The notes beneath the pieces were generated by a model. That model was given only the letters and a program-made list of their open reading frames with translations. It did no database searches and was not told where the DNA came from. The translations under genes and the position numbers were made by a program. From Zygnema circumcarinatum SAG 698-1b (taxonomy: Eukaryota; Plantae; Zygnematophyceae): a stretch of DNA of 64,000 bases. Location of the stretch: assembly GCA_037447605.1 (NCBI GenBank), contig CM074809.1:796689-860688 (forward strand). The letters run 5' to 3'. Positions 60,878 through 64,000 of the stretch are shown here, in pieces. Position 1 is the stretch's first letter. Each line of letters begins with the position of its first letter.

Positions 60878-63676
60878 TCAAATCTTCAAACCTGCAAAAG
60901 CAAAACAAATTGACTATGTCATAATCGGATGGTGTTCCAATTGCTACCCAATTTGAGTGACGTGAAGCATCAAAATATTCACGAATCTGCTGGTGGACGA
61001 CGGCCCTACAGGCGAGAACACACAGACTCATGGCATCCAAATCGAGAAGAGTGGGGAGGGGAGGGAAGGGGAGGAAAGGGGGAGTGGAAGGGGAAGGGGG
61101 AGAGGCAAAGGGGGAGGGAGGGGGAAGTTGGGAGAGAGAGGGGGAAGGGGAAGGAAGAGTAGGAAAGGGGAACAGTGGGGGGAAAGGGAGGGGAGTGGGG
61201 GGAAGGGGAGGGGGGTGGGGGGTGGAAGAGAGGGGGGAGGGGAAGGGTGAGGAAGAGAGGGGAACAGTGGGGGGGGAGAGAGAGGGGGTAGGGAAGGGAA
61301 GGGGAGGAAAAGGGGAGGGCGAGAGGGGAGAGAAGGGAAGGAAAGGGTGGGGGGGGAGGGGGAGGGAAAGGGGGGAGGGGAGGGAAGGGTTTGGGGTCGG
61401 GGGCGGGGTAGCAGAGTGTCAGGTGGAGCGGAGAGGCGAGGGAGGAAGGGAAAAGGTGGAGAGAGGCGGAGAGGGGAGAGAGGGAGATGGAGTCAGAGAG
61501 GACTGACCTTCATTAACAGATCCGTTAATCTTACTTGCTCCATTGGCCTCTCCACCTTCTATCCACTCCCTTTCCCTTATCTCTGGGCTTCTCAACAGTT
61601 TACCTGCTATCCCAGCACTTCCCCTAAAGCTGTCACTATTTAACTCGTCTAAGATTTCTCTTCCACCGTCTCTTCGTAACAGTAGCTGCTGTCCCGAATC
61701 TGTCTCATTTTGTCTGTACTTACTTTGAAAATCCACAGATCCCAAGCTAGTTACGTCGTGCGCGTCCATTTCTTCGCCCTCCGTAGCCATCATACTCCCT
61801 TCCTCTTCGCCCCTCCCCTCTGCCGCCCACTGTGTTTGCTCATGACTTACTCCTTGAGCTCCCTCTAGCAATTGCATCATCCTAACCAGAGATTCATCAT
61901 TTTGTCGGCTAAAGGCCAATAGTTTGCTCTGAATCTCTCTCGCTTTTTCCTCCTGGCCTCCTTTCACCAGCACTGAAAGCAAGCTGCGGTACGTCAACAA
62001 GTCCGGTTGCACACTGCATCAACACAATACAACAATTTAGATTGGAACACCAACCATTGATGGGGATTCTTCCCGAATTTGAAGAATACCCATCGACGTG
62101 CGGACTTCAAAAGAAACCATATTAGGACTTTGAGGAGAATGACACTTGGAGGTAGACCTCTCACCCGTCTTCATCCATATGCTGTTTGACCTCCAGCGCC
62201 TGCTCCCACAACCCAGCTTGGGAGAGAGAGCTTAAAGCACAGTTGAAAGTGGCCAGTGTGCCTTTCACTCCTGCTTTTCGCATCCACTGCAGCACCTGCA
62301 TGTATAGGAACCCACACCACATTCACAAAGCCATTAAGTTAGAAGCATTATCTTGACTTCTGCAAGATAAGCGATTCAAACTCTTCTATGTTGAAACTTA
62401 ATAGAACGCGCGAAAAACGAACGCTTTATATTTGGTGGCTTGCACATATGGAAGGAATGGACAGGACACGAAAGCTGACAGCATTAGGGGATGGAGTGTG
62501 AGCAAAACATGTAGTACCCACCTGTAGACACTTCTGCCATCTCCATGCACGTGCCAATGCTCTCATCAAGACATTGTACGTCAAGACTGTGGGCTCTAAG
62601 CCAAGATTTTCCATTTCCAAAAATACCTGCCACCAGCAGGTTGAAAGTTGAAATTACGTTTATTCTTCCCTCGCTTGGGAATTGTGCATGTAGGTTACAA
62701 ATGTATCATAAGGGGTAAGGGCCAGTCAAATAGGAGGAGGAAGGGTCAATCGATTATGCAATCGGGAATAAGAACTCGACAAAGGGGACAAAGAAATGAA
62801 CCATGCAGCAAGGTTGACGGGGTTCCCTAAAATTGGAAGGAGACAAACAATGAACGAGCCTTAATCGAGCCTGAGTTAATAATGTTATAGACAGACACGA
62901 TTGAAACCTAAGAAAATACAGATCTATGTAAGTGGTCCTTTACACACTCACAAAACAAAGTAGGTTTTCTGCAAGCTATTTGGGAGAATCGTGTTTCCAG
63001 CATTAGCCTTCCAACATCCGCACGTCTTGTGCTGGCAGTTCATTTGCCTCCCCTCACCTGAAGGGCTCGCTCGTATTTGCCAGACTTCCCGTATGTATCT
63101 AAAAGTAAGTTAAACGTGCGGACGGACGCCGGACATGGAGTCTGCTTCCGAATTTCCCGCCACACCTTCTCTGCCTCCTTCCAGTCTCGAAGCCTTTTTC
63201 CACCCACCCCGCCAATTATCGTACTTCGTTACATGGCTCCATATGGACACTGCTAAAATTTTCTACAGAGTTAAGAAATCGATCCAAGGCGCTTTGTCAC
63301 TACTTTACACCTATACGTCCTCGCACGGCCAAGCTACAGAACTTAATCCAATGCCATTTTAGCCAAGGGGCAGCAAGAAACAGTAAGGACAATGAAGGAA
63401 GGAAGGTAGATCACAGAAAACTGGTTTAATATTTCAGTAAAATGACAGGTGGTTGGGAAAATAAAACTCACTTGGCACACGCAACAAGAATCTCATTGTA
63501 CGCCACTTCAGTTGAAATTACTCCCTTAACCTCCATGGTTTTTGCCAGTCTAAGCACTTCCTCATATTGGGAGGAGAGGTTGTAGACATGGAGGAGGCTT
63601 GCATATGCAACCTGATCTGGTTCAATACCCTCTGCCTCCATTTCTTCAAATGCGGCTTGGGCTTTCATAGTGAGTC
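60878..63676 (-). CDS. P-class pentatricopeptide repeat protein, 3' part; the 5' end lies beyond the right edge
   Basis: PPR motifs GIEPDQVAYASLLHVY, VRTFNLLLDTYGKSG, GLEPTVLTYNVLMRALAR, QPDLLTYRSLLSVL. Exons include 63676-63472, 63193-63058 and 62626-62522; a tiny last coding exon 60891-60878 gives GLKI*. Confidence 0.88.
61045..61500. repeat. ~450 bp G/A-only low-complexity tract in the last PPR intron
   Basis: Dense GGG runs on the + strand. On the transcribed strand it starts almost immediately after the donor at 61507. Confidence 0.95.
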
Positions 63677-64000
63677 CTGCAGGTGGAAACAATAGGAGAT
63701 AGTAAGGGCTGAGAGGATATCGAAGGTCACCTATAAACAATAAATGTTCACAACAACTACGAAACAGACTGTAGTGTCTTTTAAGTAAATCACCTGGCCT
63801 CTTATCTACTCTGTTTCAGAGTCATCCTACAATTTCAGCGAACTCTGGAATGATTGGTTAGATGATTTCACAGAACTCTATCGTGAGCACACTTCAAGAC
63901 AAGGATTTGGAGGGAGAGGGGGAGCGCCAACAACTACAATGTAAAATGCTTGAGATAATCAGTCCTCTGCTCCTAACACCTTTCTGGCTGTCCAATACAC

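Noticed and set aside
60993-61643. Gly/Glu/Arg-rich ORFs on the + strand
   Set aside because: Products of the G/A tract inside a PPR intron.
1-64000. CRISPR arrays, rRNA, prokaryotic operons or defence systems
   Set aside because: No repeat-spacer periodicity or rRNA-like sequence; all genes are eukaryotic, and all but RPL12 have spliceosomal introns in the CDS.

Overview
Eukaryotic nuclear DNA from a green plant lineage. It looks like a streptophyte alga or bryophyte-grade genome, but the species cannot be determined from the sequence. The window is gene-dense, with spliceosomal introns mostly 100-700 bp long. By manual splicing and translation I recover 13 intact or window-truncated protein-coding genes: SMC2 (partial), a small BIRC6-type E2, histone H1, STR10-like rhodanese, a COQ11/At5g10730-like Rossmann protein, a VOC/PhnB-like protein, a conserved unknown plastid protein, a coiled-coil + GCR1_C-domain protein, plastid enoyl-ACP reductase, the SPT small subunit, a 15-exon Gfo/Idh/MocA oxidoreductase resembling fungal D-galacturonate reductase GaaA, RPL12 and RPL35a. 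ClpD and a partial PPR gene bring the total to 15. There is also a decayed GRXS16-like fragment, a ~950 bp foldback element, a CAATGG/CCATTG repeat array and two ~440 bp polypurine/polypyrimidine tracts. The most unusual items are: (1) the intron-containing GCR1_C gene, whose domain is known from fungal Crypton transposons and their domesticated derivatives; (2) recurrent exact CCAAT-N9-CCACG composite elements, two of them back-to-back at the centre of the foldback element; (3) the GaaA-like gene; (4) GGTGG-type G-rich 3' splice sites; and (5) a U12-type intron. No CRISPR, rRNA or tRNA genes were found. Protein family calls are from motif recognition, not database searches.
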